The translations under genes and the position numbers were made by a program. From assembly GCA_001782235.1 (NCBI GenBank), contig MFOC01000007.1, forward strand, positions 251,909 through 315,908: a stretch of 64,000 nucleotides of DNA, read 5' to 3'. This document shows positions 18,015 through 27,540 of the stretch, piece by piece. Origin of the DNA: Candidatus Levybacteria bacterium RIFCSPHIGHO2_02_FULL_40_18 (GTDB lineage: Bacteria; Patescibacteriota; Microgenomatia; Levybacterales; GWA1-39-11). The number at the start of each line of letters is the position of its first letter. Position 1 is the first letter of the stretch. The notes under the pieces were generated by a model. That model was not told the origin of the DNA. It was given only the letters and a program-made list of their open reading frames with translations, and did no database searches.

Positions 18015-18137
18015 AGAAAATAGTTATTAGAAAACAGAAATTAGTAATGGAAAGTAGAAAATAGAAAACAGTTTTAAGGAGCCAATTTCCAATATCTAAT
18101 TTCCATACCATTTTCCAATTTCTCATAACCAATTTCT
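18015..18137. repeat. Family B inverted-repeat element copy 2
   Basis: agaaaatagttattagaaaacagaaattagtaatggaaa...atctaatttccatacc...aaccaatttct. Confidence 0.85.
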
Positions 18138-18140
18138 TCA

Positions 18141-18782
18141 ATGGATACTAAGATTAAAGCGCTAAGGATTACTCGTGAATTAAAAAAACTTTTTCCTACC
18201 ACAAAGACTGCATTAGAATATAAAACAGCTTTTCAATTATTGGTTGCGGTTGTTTTATCAGCGCAGACGACTGATAAAAAAGTAAACGAGGTAACTTCAC
18301 GCTTGTTCGCTAAGTTTAAGACAGCGCAGGACTTTTCGAAACTCTCTCAATCAGAACTCGAACCGTATATAAAAAGCATTGGCCTATATCGCGGGAAGGC
18401 AAAAAATATAATTGCGGGGGCAAAAGTTATTTCGGAGAAATACGACGGTGAAATTCCTCGTTCGATGAAAGAAATGACAGCGCTTCCTGGGGTGGGACGC
18501 AAAACCGCAAATGTTGTTTTGGGAATGGTTCATGGTGTGGTCGAAGGAATTGCGGTTGATACACATGTTCGTCGCCTTGCTCAGTTGTTCGGCCTCTCGA
18601 AAAGTTCGAATCCCGACATTATAGAACGCGATCTTATGTCGATTCTCCCAAAAAAAGAATGGCGGGAATTCACATTTCGCATGATCGACTATGGCCGCAA
18701 ATATTGCCCCGCCTCCTGCAAACATATAAACTGCCCACTTCGAAAATATATTACTCGTTACTCGACTCGAGAGCGAGAGTAG
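18141..18782 (+). CDS. nth: Endonuclease III
   Basis: LLVAVVLSAQTTD, HhH LPGVGRKTANVV, AVDTHV. Confidence 0.95.
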   Translation: MDTKIKALRITRELKKLFPTTKTALEYKTAFQLLVAVVLSAQTTDKKVNEVTSRLFAKFKTAQDFSKLSQSELEPYIKSIGLYRGKAKNIIAGAKVISEKYDGEIPRSMKEMTALPGVGRKTANVVLGMVHGVVEGIAVDTHVRRLAQLFGLSKSSNPDIIERDLMSILPKKEWREFTFRMIDYGRKYCPASCKHINCPLRKYITRYSTRERE

Positions 18783-18810
18783 GTGGGAAGCTAATCCACC
18801 CTCCAGGTGT
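18776..18810 (+). repeat. REP-like 35-bp direct repeat, left of RAYT
   Basis: agagtaggtgggaagctaatccaccctccaggtgt; 33/35 identical to 19550-19584; contains CACC-n5-GGTG hairpin. Confidence 0.85.
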
Positions 18811-18851
18811 ACTAGCTTGACACCCTTTCTTTTTTCCTGCAAACTCTATAT

Positions 18852-19526
18852 ATGGCAACCAATAGGCGCTTGGTGTTTAGCAACGGATACATCTATCATA
18901 TCTTTAATCGCGGCATAGATAGACGCAGCGTCTTCACGGGATTTCGGGAATACTTAAGAGCACAAGAGTTAATAGAGTTTTATAAACATCTCGAAACCCC
19001 CGTAAGATATTCAAAATTTCTGCAACTGTCGAAAAGTCTCAGAGATGATGTGTTAAGAGAGATTAATAAGAGCGAGACACAGGTTGATATTTTAGCCTAT
19101 TGTCTTATGCCAAATCATTTTCATTTTATGCTCCAGCAAAAGGTAGACAAAGGGGTCTCTACTTTTATTGCAAACTTTACGAACGCTTATACAAGGTATT
19201 TTAATACTAAGCATGAGAGGATAGGCCCCATGTTTGAAGGAATATTTAAAGCTGTGTTAGTTGAAAGCGATGAACAATTAATTCATCTCTCTCGGTATAT
19301 ACACCTCAACCCGGTTGTATCAAGTATTATTAACGAATCAGACCTCAACAATTATAAGTGGTCTTCGTATCATGAATATATCGCCCCCTCAAAAAACAGC
19401 ACCGTTTCTAAGAGGGATCTGGTTATGTCAATGTTTGAATCTGCAAAACATTACGAGAAATTTGTTCTTGATCAAATTGAATATGGTAAGAAACTCGAGA
19501 TAATCAAGCATTTAACATTAGAATAG
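18852..19526 (+). mobile_element. REP-associated tyrosine transposase (Y1/HUH, RAYT-like)
   Basis: YHIFNRG, AYCLMPNHFH, GPMFEG, YIHLNPV, YKWSSY. Confidence 0.9.
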
Positions 19527-19549
19527 TCGCGTTTAAATAAATGAGGTAA

Positions 19550-19584
19550 AGAGTATGTGGCAAGCTAATCCACCCTCCAGGTGT
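19550..19584 (+). repeat. REP-like 35-bp direct repeat, right of RAYT
   Basis: agagtatgtggcaagctaatccaccctccaggtgt. Confidence 0.85.
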
Positions 19585-19597
19585 CAGCATATCAGCA

Positions 19598-19693
19598 TTT
19601 GCCTATAGAATGATCGACTACGGCCGAGTCTACTGTCCTGCAACTTGTCGCCACAACGATTGCCCTCTCAGAAAGTTTATAAATAAAAAATAA
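19598..19693 (+). pseudogene. Orphan 3' end of a second nth allele
   Basis: FAYRMIDYGRVYCPATCRHNDCPLRKFINKK*; 20/28 aa identical to the Nth C-terminus. Confidence 0.85.
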
Positions 19694-19750
19694 TTCGAAC
19701 CTGTTCGTGCTTGCGAATACGTTTGCCGAAGGGCTATAATGGTTGAGCGT

Positions 19751-21589
19751 ATGAAAGCAGGACAAATCGTTGATGAATACATAAAATTTTTCGAAGAACG
19801 TGGGCATGTTAGAATTTCAAATTCGCCTCTGGTTCCTGAGAATGATCCAACTACGTTATTTACGTCTTCCGGCATGCAGCCGCTCGTTCCATATCTTTTG
19901 GGAGAACCGCACCCTCAAGGAAAAAGGTTAGTTAATGTTCAGAATTCATTTCGCGCGCAAGACATAGATGAAATAGGCGATAATCGGCATACAACATTTT
20001 TCAGAATGTTGGGGAATTGGTCGCTCGGCGATTATTTTAAAAAAGAAGAAATCCCATGGCTCTTTGAATTTTTAACCAAAAAGTTAAATATAAATCCTGC
20101 AAAACTATACGTGACTGTGTTCGATGGATTCGAAAAAATAAAACGCGATATTGAATCAGAAAAAATATGGCGGACATTGTTCGAATCCGTGAATTTAAAT
20201 CCTGACGAACGTACTTTCTTTTATGGAGCTGATAAGAATTGGTGGTCTCGCGCCGGCGAACCAAAAGATATGCCGGTTGGCGAGCCGGGAGGTCCGGACA
20301 CAGAAGTATTTTATCAATTTGATGTTTCGCACGATGAAAAATTCGGAAAAACTTGTCATCCAAACTGTCAATGCGGGAGATTTTTGGAGATTGCGAATTC
20401 TGTTTTTATGCAATACAAAAAAACCAAAAATGGGTTCGAAGAATTGCCGCAAAAAAATGTTGACTTTGGAGGAGGCCTTGAGAGACTTATTGCAGCAACT
20501 GAAAACCAGCAGGATATTTTCCAAACTTCTTTATTCGCGCCAATTATTACGACCATCGAAAACACAACCGCCAAGAATTATGCTTTGAATCAAAAGGAAA
20601 TGAGAGTAGTCGCCGACCACATGATCGCATCGGTATTTATAATAGCAAACAATGTTCGACCCTCTAATAAAGAACAGGGGTACATATTGCGAAGACTCCT
20701 GCGGAGAAGTTTTGATAATTTTGATTTGTTGAACGGCGAGGATATCAATTCGGTCCTTGAAAAAATTATTGATCAATACAAAGATACGGATGACTATCTG
20801 GTCGAGAAATTCGCGTTAATTAAAAACGTTATTCTTGAAGAAGGACAAACTTACAAAAGAACATTATCGGAAGCAAAAAAATTTATCCGCAAGAAATACC
20901 CTTCGACAGGCTCAGAGCGAGCTGGATCAATGGACGAGATAAAAGGAACGACCGAAATCTCAGCTGAGGATGCGTTTTCATTATATACGTCGCATGGTCT
21001 TTCGCCCACTCAAATAGAAAGCTTAGGTTTTACTTTCGATCGTCAAAAATTTGCTGGTTTGATGGGAAAACATCAAAAAATTTCTCGCGCCGGGGCAAAA
21101 ACAAAGTTTGCCGGAGGCCTTGCTGACCATTCGGAGGCAACAATTAAAGGTCATACTGCTACACACCTTATGCATCAAGCTCTTCGAGACGTATTGGGGA
21201 ATCAAGTTCATCAAACAGGTTCGAATATCACAAGCGAACGCGTTCGTTTCGATTTTAATTTTGAAAGGAAGTTGACAGAAGAGGAACGTCGTAAGGTAGA
21301 AGAAATAGTTCGGCAAAGAATAAAAGAAAATCTTCCGGTTCATTTTGAGATAATGCCCTTGTCGAAGGCAAAAGAAATTGGGGCGATCGGATTATTTGAT
21401 GAAAAGTATCAGGAGAAGGTGAAGGTATATTTTGTGGGGGGTCCCGAACCTGGTTTGGATAAGGCCTATTCGGTGGAGTTCTGTGGAGGTCCTCACGTGC
21501 GTTTTACAGGCGAGATCAAAAGTTTTAAAATAATAAAGGAGGAGAGTCTTGGTAAAAACAACAGACGAATATACGCAGAAGTCGAATAA
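19751..21589 (+). CDS. alaS: Alanine--tRNA ligase, shortened form
   Basis: DPTTLFTSSGMQP, HTTFFRMLGNWS, VDFGGGLERL, HTATHL, EFCGGPH; no C-Ala domain. Confidence 0.93.
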   Translation: MKAGQIVDEYIKFFEERGHVRISNSPLVPENDPTTLFTSSGMQPLVPYLLGEPHPQGKRLVNVQNSFRAQDIDEIGDNRHTTFFRMLGNWSLGDYFKKEEIPWLFEFLTKKLNINPAKLYVTVFDGFEKIKRDIESEKIWRTLFESVNLNPDERTFFYGADKNWWSRAGEPKDMPVGEPGGPDTEVFYQFDVSHDEKFGKTCHPNCQCGRFLEIANSVFMQYKKTKNGFEELPQKNVDFGGGLERLIAATENQQDIFQTSLFAPIITTIENTTAKNYALNQKEMRVVADHMIASVFIIANNVRPSNKEQGYILRRLLRRSFDNFDLLNGEDINSVLEKIIDQYKDTDDYLVEKFALIKNVILEEGQTYKRTLSEAKKFIRKKYPSTGSERAGSMDEIKGTTEISAEDAFSLYTSHGLSPTQIESLGFTFDRQKFAGLMGKHQKISRAGAKTKFAGGLADHSEATIKGHTATHLMHQALRDVLGNQVHQTGSNITSERVRFDFNFERKLTEEERRKVEEIVRQRIKENLPVHFEIMPLSKAKEIGAIGLFDEKYQEKVKVYFVGGPEPGLDKAYSVEFCGGPHVRFTGEIKSFKIIKEESLGKNNRRIYAEVE

Positions 21590-21670
21590 ATCAAAATGGT
21601 TACAATAGCTAGAATAGTCAAAATAGTTCAAAACATGTAGCCATTTAGCTATTTTAGCTATTTTAATTTT

Positions 21671-23920
21671 ATGCAGTTGCCTTTTATAAAGACTATAGAT
21701 AAGCAGAAAAATTTTTTTCTTTCACTCCTAATTAAACCGGACAAGGTAGGTGCAATTCTTTTTGAAGAAATCAATTCAAAGCTATTCATTTTATCCACAA
21801 ATGAAATCGATGCAGGAGAAGATACAAGTAAACTCTCGGAGGAAGAATTATTGTCGGCAGCAGATAAAGTTATTAGTTTTGTAGAAGGAAAATTACCCGA
21901 GGGCGCAGAAGTTGAAAAAACCATATTTTCCGTTCCGTACTATTGGGTTAGTGAAGCCTCCGGCCCAGAGGGCCTCCGGCCCGGCGGGGGAAAGATACTC
22001 CAAGAATACCTGGATAAACTTAAAAAAATATGTAAAGATTTGGGTCTTGTCCCTATCGGCTACATAGTTTCAATAGAGGCAATTGTAGCTTTCCTTCAGA
22101 AAACAGAAGGCGCTCCGGTCTCGGGAATATTTATTGAAGTAACTCAGAATAAAGTATTGCTGTATGTTGTCAGAGCCGGAAAGGTAATTGAGGAAAAGCA
22201 AAGTGACATAGAAGAAAGCATTATTAAGACCTCCGAAAAGTTATTGCAAGAGGTGCAATCAGTTGATGTTTTGCCTTCAAAAATAATTCTTCTTGACTAT
22301 AAAGACGGCTCGTCGGTCCAGCAGGAATTTTTATCACATCAATGGGCACGCGAAATTCCTTTTCTTCATCTGCCCCAAGTAATGATGCTTGAGCGCGGAT
22401 TTGAGAATGAAGCGATTATAAATGGTGTCGCCACACAAATGGAACTTGAAGTTTTGCATGATGTTACGGCGGGGAAAGCGGAAGCCTTGAAGGAAGATTT
22501 AGAATATGTAGAAGCCAAGGATTTTGGATTTATTAAAGAAGGTGAAGATAAAGAGGACAAAGGAGAGAAGAGACATGAGGGAGAATCGGAGGATTTGAAA
22601 AAAGTATCAAAAAAATCGGGGAAAAAAGAGGAGGAAGAGCCAAATATTTCCTACTTTAAAGAAGGGGAAGACCTTCCGGCAGAAATCCCGAAAGATGAAC
22701 AAGATTTACCATCGAAAATTAAAATACCCGTTTCTCTTGATTTGATATTTTCTCCGATTCGAAATTTTAGAATTCCTAAAGGATTGCCTGGACCGCTGAA
22801 ATATAAGTTAATAATTGTGCTTTTTGGAGTTTTACTTTCAGCCTTTTTTGCTTCATTTATCTATTATAACCTTGTTTTAAGAGCAGAGATTAAAATTATG
22901 TCAGACAAAAAAAGCATTGATAAGAATCAAAACGTACTTTTCTCTCGCGATTCGACAGAAGGTACAAATATAAACATCGAAGTTGCGCAAGAAACAATAA
23001 CCGGCTCGGAACAGAAGAATTCAACAGGGAAAAAAGAAACAGGGGACCGCGCTAAAGGAGAAATAACGCTTTATAATAAAACAGAGCAGAAAAAGACTTT
23101 CTCTAAAGAGACAATTATTATCGGCCCTAATGATTTAGAATTTGAGCTTACCGAAGAAGTTAACATTGCCTCAACAAGTCCTTTCTCAACCTCTCTGTCA
23201 AGCGCAAAGGGCAAAGTTATAGCAAGTACCTTTGGGAAAGAATATAACCTCCCGTCAAACACAAACTTCACAATTAAAGGGTTTTCCTCAGCTCAGTTTA
23301 TTGGTAAAAACACTGATAGTATCTCTGGCGGAACAAAAAAAGAAACAACGGTTGTTTCTTCAGAGGATCTTGAGGAATTACTTTCGGAAGTAAATGAGAA
23401 ACTTGAGCGCGAAGCAATTCAAAAAGCGCAAAGTTCGCTTTCTTCCGAGCAAGAAATTCTTTCAAAGGCATTATCGAGCGAGGTTTTAGAAAGAAAGTAC
23501 ACAAAAAAAGAGGGTGAAGAGGCAGGTTCCGTTGGGATCTCTGCAAAAATTAAATACTCTATTGGCAGGTATAAGAAGAGCGACATAGAGAACGTTGTTG
23601 AATCTTTATCACGGCCGGACATACCAGGAACGTATGCTTTAGTCGGGAGCGATTCAAAAGTAGAGATAACAAGCATAAAAATAGGTAAAGACAATAGTGC
23701 CCAGGCTCTTCTTAAGGTAAATGCAGTTTATACGCCGCAGATTGAAGGCGAAAAACTGGCAGAGTCGTTAAAAGGAAAAACTCAAGATGCGGCAGAGAAG
23801 CAAATAAAGAGCATAGCAGGCGTAACAGAAGTTGTTATAACATTTAAAAATAATCTTCCATTTATGCCGCTTGTCTTGCCTAACCAGGGGAAAAATATTT
23901 TAATAGAAGAAGAGTATTGA
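21671..23920 (+). CDS. Membrane protein with FtsA/PilM-like N-terminus and baseplate-J-like extracellular region
   Basis: TM near aa 380-400; TGKKETGDRAKGEITLYN, ASTFGKEYNL, ISGGTKKE..VS..D pattern; family call by resemblance. Confidence 0.55.
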   Translation: MQLPFIKTIDKQKNFFLSLLIKPDKVGAILFEEINSKLFILSTNEIDAGEDTSKLSEEELLSAADKVISFVEGKLPEGAEVEKTIFSVPYYWVSEASGPEGLRPGGGKILQEYLDKLKKICKDLGLVPIGYIVSIEAIVAFLQKTEGAPVSGIFIEVTQNKVLLYVVRAGKVIEEKQSDIEESIIKTSEKLLQEVQSVDVLPSKIILLDYKDGSSVQQEFLSHQWAREIPFLHLPQVMMLERGFENEAIINGVATQMELEVLHDVTAGKAEALKEDLEYVEAKDFGFIKEGEDKEDKGEKRHEGESEDLKKVSKKSGKKEEEEPNISYFKEGEDLPAEIPKDEQDLPSKIKIPVSLDLIFSPIRNFRIPKGLPGPLKYKLIIVLFGVLLSAFFASFIYYNLVLRAEIKIMSDKKSIDKNQNVLFSRDSTEGTNINIEVAQETITGSEQKNSTGKKETGDRAKGEITLYNKTEQKKTFSKETIIIGPNDLEFELTEEVNIASTSPFSTSLSSAKGKVIASTFGKEYNLPSNTNFTIKGFSSAQFIGKNTDSISGGTKKETTVVSSEDLEELLSEVNEKLEREAIQKAQSSLSSEQEILSKALSSEVLERKYTKKEGEEAGSVGISAKIKYSIGRYKKSDIENVVESLSRPDIPGTYALVGSDSKVEITSIKIGKDNSAQALLKVNAVYTPQIEGEKLAESLKGKTQDAAEKQIKSIAGVTEVVITFKNNLPFMPLVLPNQGKNILIEEEY

Positions 23921-23937
23921 ATAGTCTAACGGGATAA

Positions 23938-24747
23938 ATGGTTGCTTACTATATCAAAAAGAATAATTCTCAAAGGTCCTTCACGGCTTTACAGCCGGGA
24001 AGGCACTGGCAACTCCATGGTTTTCGCAAAGTTATAAAACTTGCAGGAATAGGATTTGTTCTTATTGGAGCTTCATTTTTTTTATATTTTTTCTTTCCGA
24101 TCCTCTCCTACCAATTTTTCTTGGCAAATGCTTCTCACTCCAAACAAATCGAAGTTCCAATCCCCAAATATTTAGTAGTTAATAAAAATAGCGATTTGGG
24201 AAGCCTTGTAGTATCCGGTATTACGTCTCTAACTTCCGATTTTACCGACGCAAGAAATTGGTATCCTAGTCTTCCTCCTGATAACGAAAGCCAAAAGATT
24301 AAGGTTGATTCATATCTTATTTCAATTCCCCGATTGAAAATCAAAGACGCAGAGGTTTCAACTCAAGACTATGATCTTGAAAAACACCTTGTCCAATACC
24401 TTGGCACGTCAATACCCGGAGAAAAAGGAACTGCCGTAATTTTTGGTCACTCAACGCTGCCGCAACTTTTTAATCCTAAAAACTATAAAACGATTTTCGC
24501 AACCGCCCATAAGCTAGAAATCGGAGACGAAGTGTTTATAAATGTACAGGGTGTTAATTATAAATATAAAATTTTTTCGATTGTTATAACCGATCCCGAG
24601 GATACAAACATTCTTTCCCAGTCATTTGACAATTCCTATATAACTCTTGTCACCTGCACGCCTCCCGGCACTACTTGGAAGAGATTAGTGATTAGAGCTT
24701 CGCTTGATTCGATCATCTCAAACACCGCGGCAAGCCAAATAAATTAA
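23938..24747 (+). CDS. Sortase
   Basis: N-terminal TM, IFGHS, TLVTC, KRLVIRA. Confidence 0.9.
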   Translation: MVAYYIKKNNSQRSFTALQPGRHWQLHGFRKVIKLAGIGFVLIGASFFLYFFFPILSYQFFLANASHSKQIEVPIPKYLVVNKNSDLGSLVVSGITSLTSDFTDARNWYPSLPPDNESQKIKVDSYLISIPRLKIKDAEVSTQDYDLEKHLVQYLGTSIPGEKGTAVIFGHSTLPQLFNPKNYKTIFATAHKLEIGDEVFINVQGVNYKYKIFSIVITDPEDTNILSQSFDNSYITLVTCTPPGTTWKRLVIRASLDSIISNTAASQIN

Positions 24748-24759
24748 CGGGGAAAAGAT

Positions 24760-24963
24760 ATGGAAGAAGTCTCTTTTGGTCTTACTGACCAGGATCTGAA
24801 AAATCAAAAACTAAAATCAATATCTTCGACGATCAAAAATTTCCTGACATTGATTGGCCCAACAGTCATTCGCTGGGTCAATATTATAATTTACTACGTT
24901 ATTAAATTCATAAGAGCGGTTGTGGTAAACGTAATCCGAATGATACTAGGCAAAGAAGTCTAA
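24760..24963 (+). CDS. Hypothetical small protein
   Basis: 67-aa ORF in operon context with amphipathic C-terminus. Confidence 0.55.
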   Translation: MEEVSFGLTDQDLKNQKLKSISSTIKNFLTLIGPTVIRWVNIIIYYVIKFIRAVVVNVIRMILGKEV

Positions 24964-25050
24964 TAAGTTTGTAAAGTTTATAAAGTTTTTAAGGTTTATA
25001 AAGTTATACTTTAAGAACTTTACGAACCTTATGAACCTTAAGAACTAATT

Positions 25051-26325
25051 ATGGATGAAAAGAATTTGGCGCTGGAGGCAATAAGAAAAAAATTGCTTGG
25101 CAAAAAGCTCTCATATAAAGAGATATATGCCGTTATGGATGAGATTGCAAAAGATAGGCTTGGGGATGTTTTGACAACTTATTTTGTTGCTTCAGGCTAT
25201 TCGGAAGGCTTTTCTGATGAGGAGTTGTACTATCTCACCCGCGCAATGGTTGAGACTGGCGAGACGCTTCACTTCCGCGGATTGGTTGCTGACAAGCATT
25301 CGATAGGCGGAGTTCCTGGGACCCGAGTCACATTGATAATCGTTCCAATTATTGCTTCCGCCGGATTTAAAATACCCAAAAGTTCATCACGGGCTATTAC
25401 CACTCCTGCGGGAACCGCAGACGCAATGGAAGTTCTTGCGCCCGTTGCTTTCACAAAAGAAAAAATTTACAAAATTGTAAAAAAAACAAACGCATGTATT
25501 GTCTGGGGAGGAAGTTTTAAAATTGCCCCCGCAGATGATGAAATTATAAAAATAGAGGAGCCGATTTTGTTTGAGAGCTATGACAAAATAGTTGTTTCCG
25601 TTATGGCAAAAAAAGTGGCATTTGGCGCAACCCATGTCGTAATAGATTTGCCATATGGTAAATCGGTAAAAATACATAGAGTTGAAGATGCGAAGATTTT
25701 AAAAAGAAAATTTCAATTCTTAGGAAAGAAATTTGACATGAAGATAGATTCATTTATTCATAGAGTTGATGGCCCGGCTGGAGATGGAATAGGGCCCTTG
25801 CTTGAGGCACGCGATTCATTAAAAGTGCTTGAGCAAACAAAGGATAGGCCAATTGAACTTGAGAAGCAGGCACTTTCTTTGGCCGCAAAACTTCTTGAAC
25901 TGGTGCTTTTAAACTCCCCTTCAAAAATTAAGTTGGGCTATAAAAAGAACTACAAAAACACAAGGGAATGGGCAAAGGATATTTTGGTAGACGGACGCGC
26001 CCACACGAAACTTTTAGAAATTATAGAAGCACAAGGGGGAAATTCTAAAATCAAGTCTTCTGATCTTGCCCCCGGAAAATATTGTTCTACACTTGAAGCG
26101 GGATTCAACGGAAAGGTCAGTGAGGTAATAAGCAAGAATATAACAACTATTGCAAGAATCCTTGGCGCACCAGAAGATAAACGCGCAGGAATAGTTCTTC
26201 ACAAAAAAGTAGGTCAAGAAGTTAAAAAGGGAGATGAGCTTGCCTGCCTTTATAGTGATAGCAAATACAAACTTCGTGAAGCTCAAGACACCCTAGACCT
26301 CTTCCCTATATTTGAAATCAAATAA
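25051..26325 (+). CDS. AMP/thymidine phosphorylase (AMP-phosphorylase-like subtype)
   Basis: IRKKLLGKKLS, DKHSIGGVPG, IPKSSSRAITTPAGTADAMEVLAPV, APADD, GIGPLLEARD. Confidence 0.85.
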   Translation: MDEKNLALEAIRKKLLGKKLSYKEIYAVMDEIAKDRLGDVLTTYFVASGYSEGFSDEELYYLTRAMVETGETLHFRGLVADKHSIGGVPGTRVTLIIVPIIASAGFKIPKSSSRAITTPAGTADAMEVLAPVAFTKEKIYKIVKKTNACIVWGGSFKIAPADDEIIKIEEPILFESYDKIVVSVMAKKVAFGATHVVIDLPYGKSVKIHRVEDAKILKRKFQFLGKKFDMKIDSFIHRVDGPAGDGIGPLLEARDSLKVLEQTKDRPIELEKQALSLAAKLLELVLLNSPSKIKLGYKKNYKNTREWAKDILVDGRAHTKLLEIIEAQGGNSKIKSSDLAPGKYCSTLEAGFNGKVSEVISKNITTIARILGAPEDKRAGIVLHKKVGQEVKKGDELACLYSDSKYKLREAQDTLDLFPIFEIK

Positions 26326-26331
26326 AGAACT

Positions 26332-26401
26332 CACCCCCGCTTTCTCCACCCCTGTTCACTTCGCTTGCAGGCGGGCTCCCTCACTTCATTCAGTCCGCCC
26401 C
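26332..26401 (-). repeat. ~65-bp GC-rich element (family E), intergenic copy
   Basis: Shares gggctccctcactt..ttcagtccgcccc with 39831-39896; reverse complement matches coding copies in pnp and rplC. Confidence 0.75.
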
Positions 26402-26441
26402 TCGGGGGTGGACTGATTGTGGTAAAATACGTTTTAGTTAC

Positions 26442-27383
26442 GTGAGAAAACTATTTATAGCTTTTATTCTCCTCGGCCTTTTAGCAGCAGGAACGTTTGC
26501 CTATTGGACAATCGGCAACCGGCCGGCAAACCTTTCCGATAAATCAACTAAGATATTCGTAATTCAAAAAGGAGAGTCAATTCGGGAAGTAGGAAGTTCT
26601 CTTAAGAGAGAAGGCTTAATAAAAGATCCGGTGGTTTTCTTTTTATATATAAAGCTCTACGGACAAGATCGTAAAATTCAGGCAGGAGACTATAGACTTT
26701 CTTCCTCAATGACCTTAGCCGCGGTTATTGACGAATTAGGCCACGGAAAACTGGACCGTTGGATAACAATTCCCGAAGGGTATAGAGCTGAAGAAATTGC
26801 CGACGTACTTGAGAAGAACATCCCTTCTTATGACGAGAGCTGGAGAGAAGAACTTAACAAAAATGAAGGTTATCTTTTCCCGGATACTTATCTTATTCCT
26901 CGCGATGCGGATATTGATATGGTTATCTCGACCATGAAGAACAATTTCAACCACAAGATTCAGGAGGCGGGCTTGACGCTTACCGATCAGAATCTTTCAA
27001 GAACCATAATCCTTGCCTCTCTAATTGAGCGCGAGGCCAAAATAAATGAAGAAAAGCCTTTAATCGCGGGCGTAATTAGTAATCGACTAAAAAGGGGGAT
27101 GGCACTTGATATAGACGCAACAATCCAGTATGTCAAAGGTTCCCCCGATAAGTGGTGGCCGCAGATAACATCTTCTGATTACAAAAGTGCCGATTCTTTA
27201 TATAACACCTATCTATACTCTGGTCTTCCACCGGGTCCAATCGCAAACCCAGGAATTGAAGCAATAAAAGCGGCGCAAAACCCACAATCTCATTCATACT
27301 ACTTCTATATTCATTCGGGAGGTAAAATTTATCCTGCTAAAACTATCGAAGAACACCAGAAGAACATTCAAAAGTACCTCTAA
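26442..27383 (+). CDS. mltG: Endolytic transglycosylase MltG
   Basis: TIPEG, EGYLFPDTY, ASLIEREA, YNTY..GLPPGPIANPG. Confidence 0.93.
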   Translation: MRKLFIAFILLGLLAAGTFAYWTIGNRPANLSDKSTKIFVIQKGESIREVGSSLKREGLIKDPVVFFLYIKLYGQDRKIQAGDYRLSSSMTLAAVIDELGHGKLDRWITIPEGYRAEEIADVLEKNIPSYDESWREELNKNEGYLFPDTYLIPRDADIDMVISTMKNNFNHKIQEAGLTLTDQNLSRTIILASLIEREAKINEEKPLIAGVISNRLKRGMALDIDATIQYVKGSPDKWWPQITSSDYKSADSLYNTYLYSGLPPGPIANPGIEAIKAAQNPQSHSYYFYIHSGGKIYPAKTIEEHQKNIQKYL

Positions 27384-27424
27384 CTTAGCTATTAGCTTTT
27401 GGCTGTTGGCTTTTAGTTTGGGGC

Positions 27425-27507
27425 TTGACAAACCCTTGGGGTAGGTATATAAATGATAAAACCTTGTTAATGCGAGGAGGTATTTTTTTACCTTTCCTCT
27501 TTTTTTG
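27425..27507 (+). promoter_or_regulatory. rpoB promoter and terminator-like leader hairpin
   Basis: TTGACA-17-TATAAA; gaggaggta...tacctttcctc followed by a T-run. Confidence 0.55.
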
Positions 27508-27540
27508 CGTAAAACAAGCATCTTCTAGAATTTATTTCTG

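Noticed and set aside
18776-19584. 35-bp direct repeats as a CRISPR array
   Set aside because: Only two copies, about 770 bp apart, enclosing a gene; no cas genes.
21671-23920. Prophage suggested by the baseplate-J-like gene
   Set aside because: No other phage genes; housekeeping neighbours.
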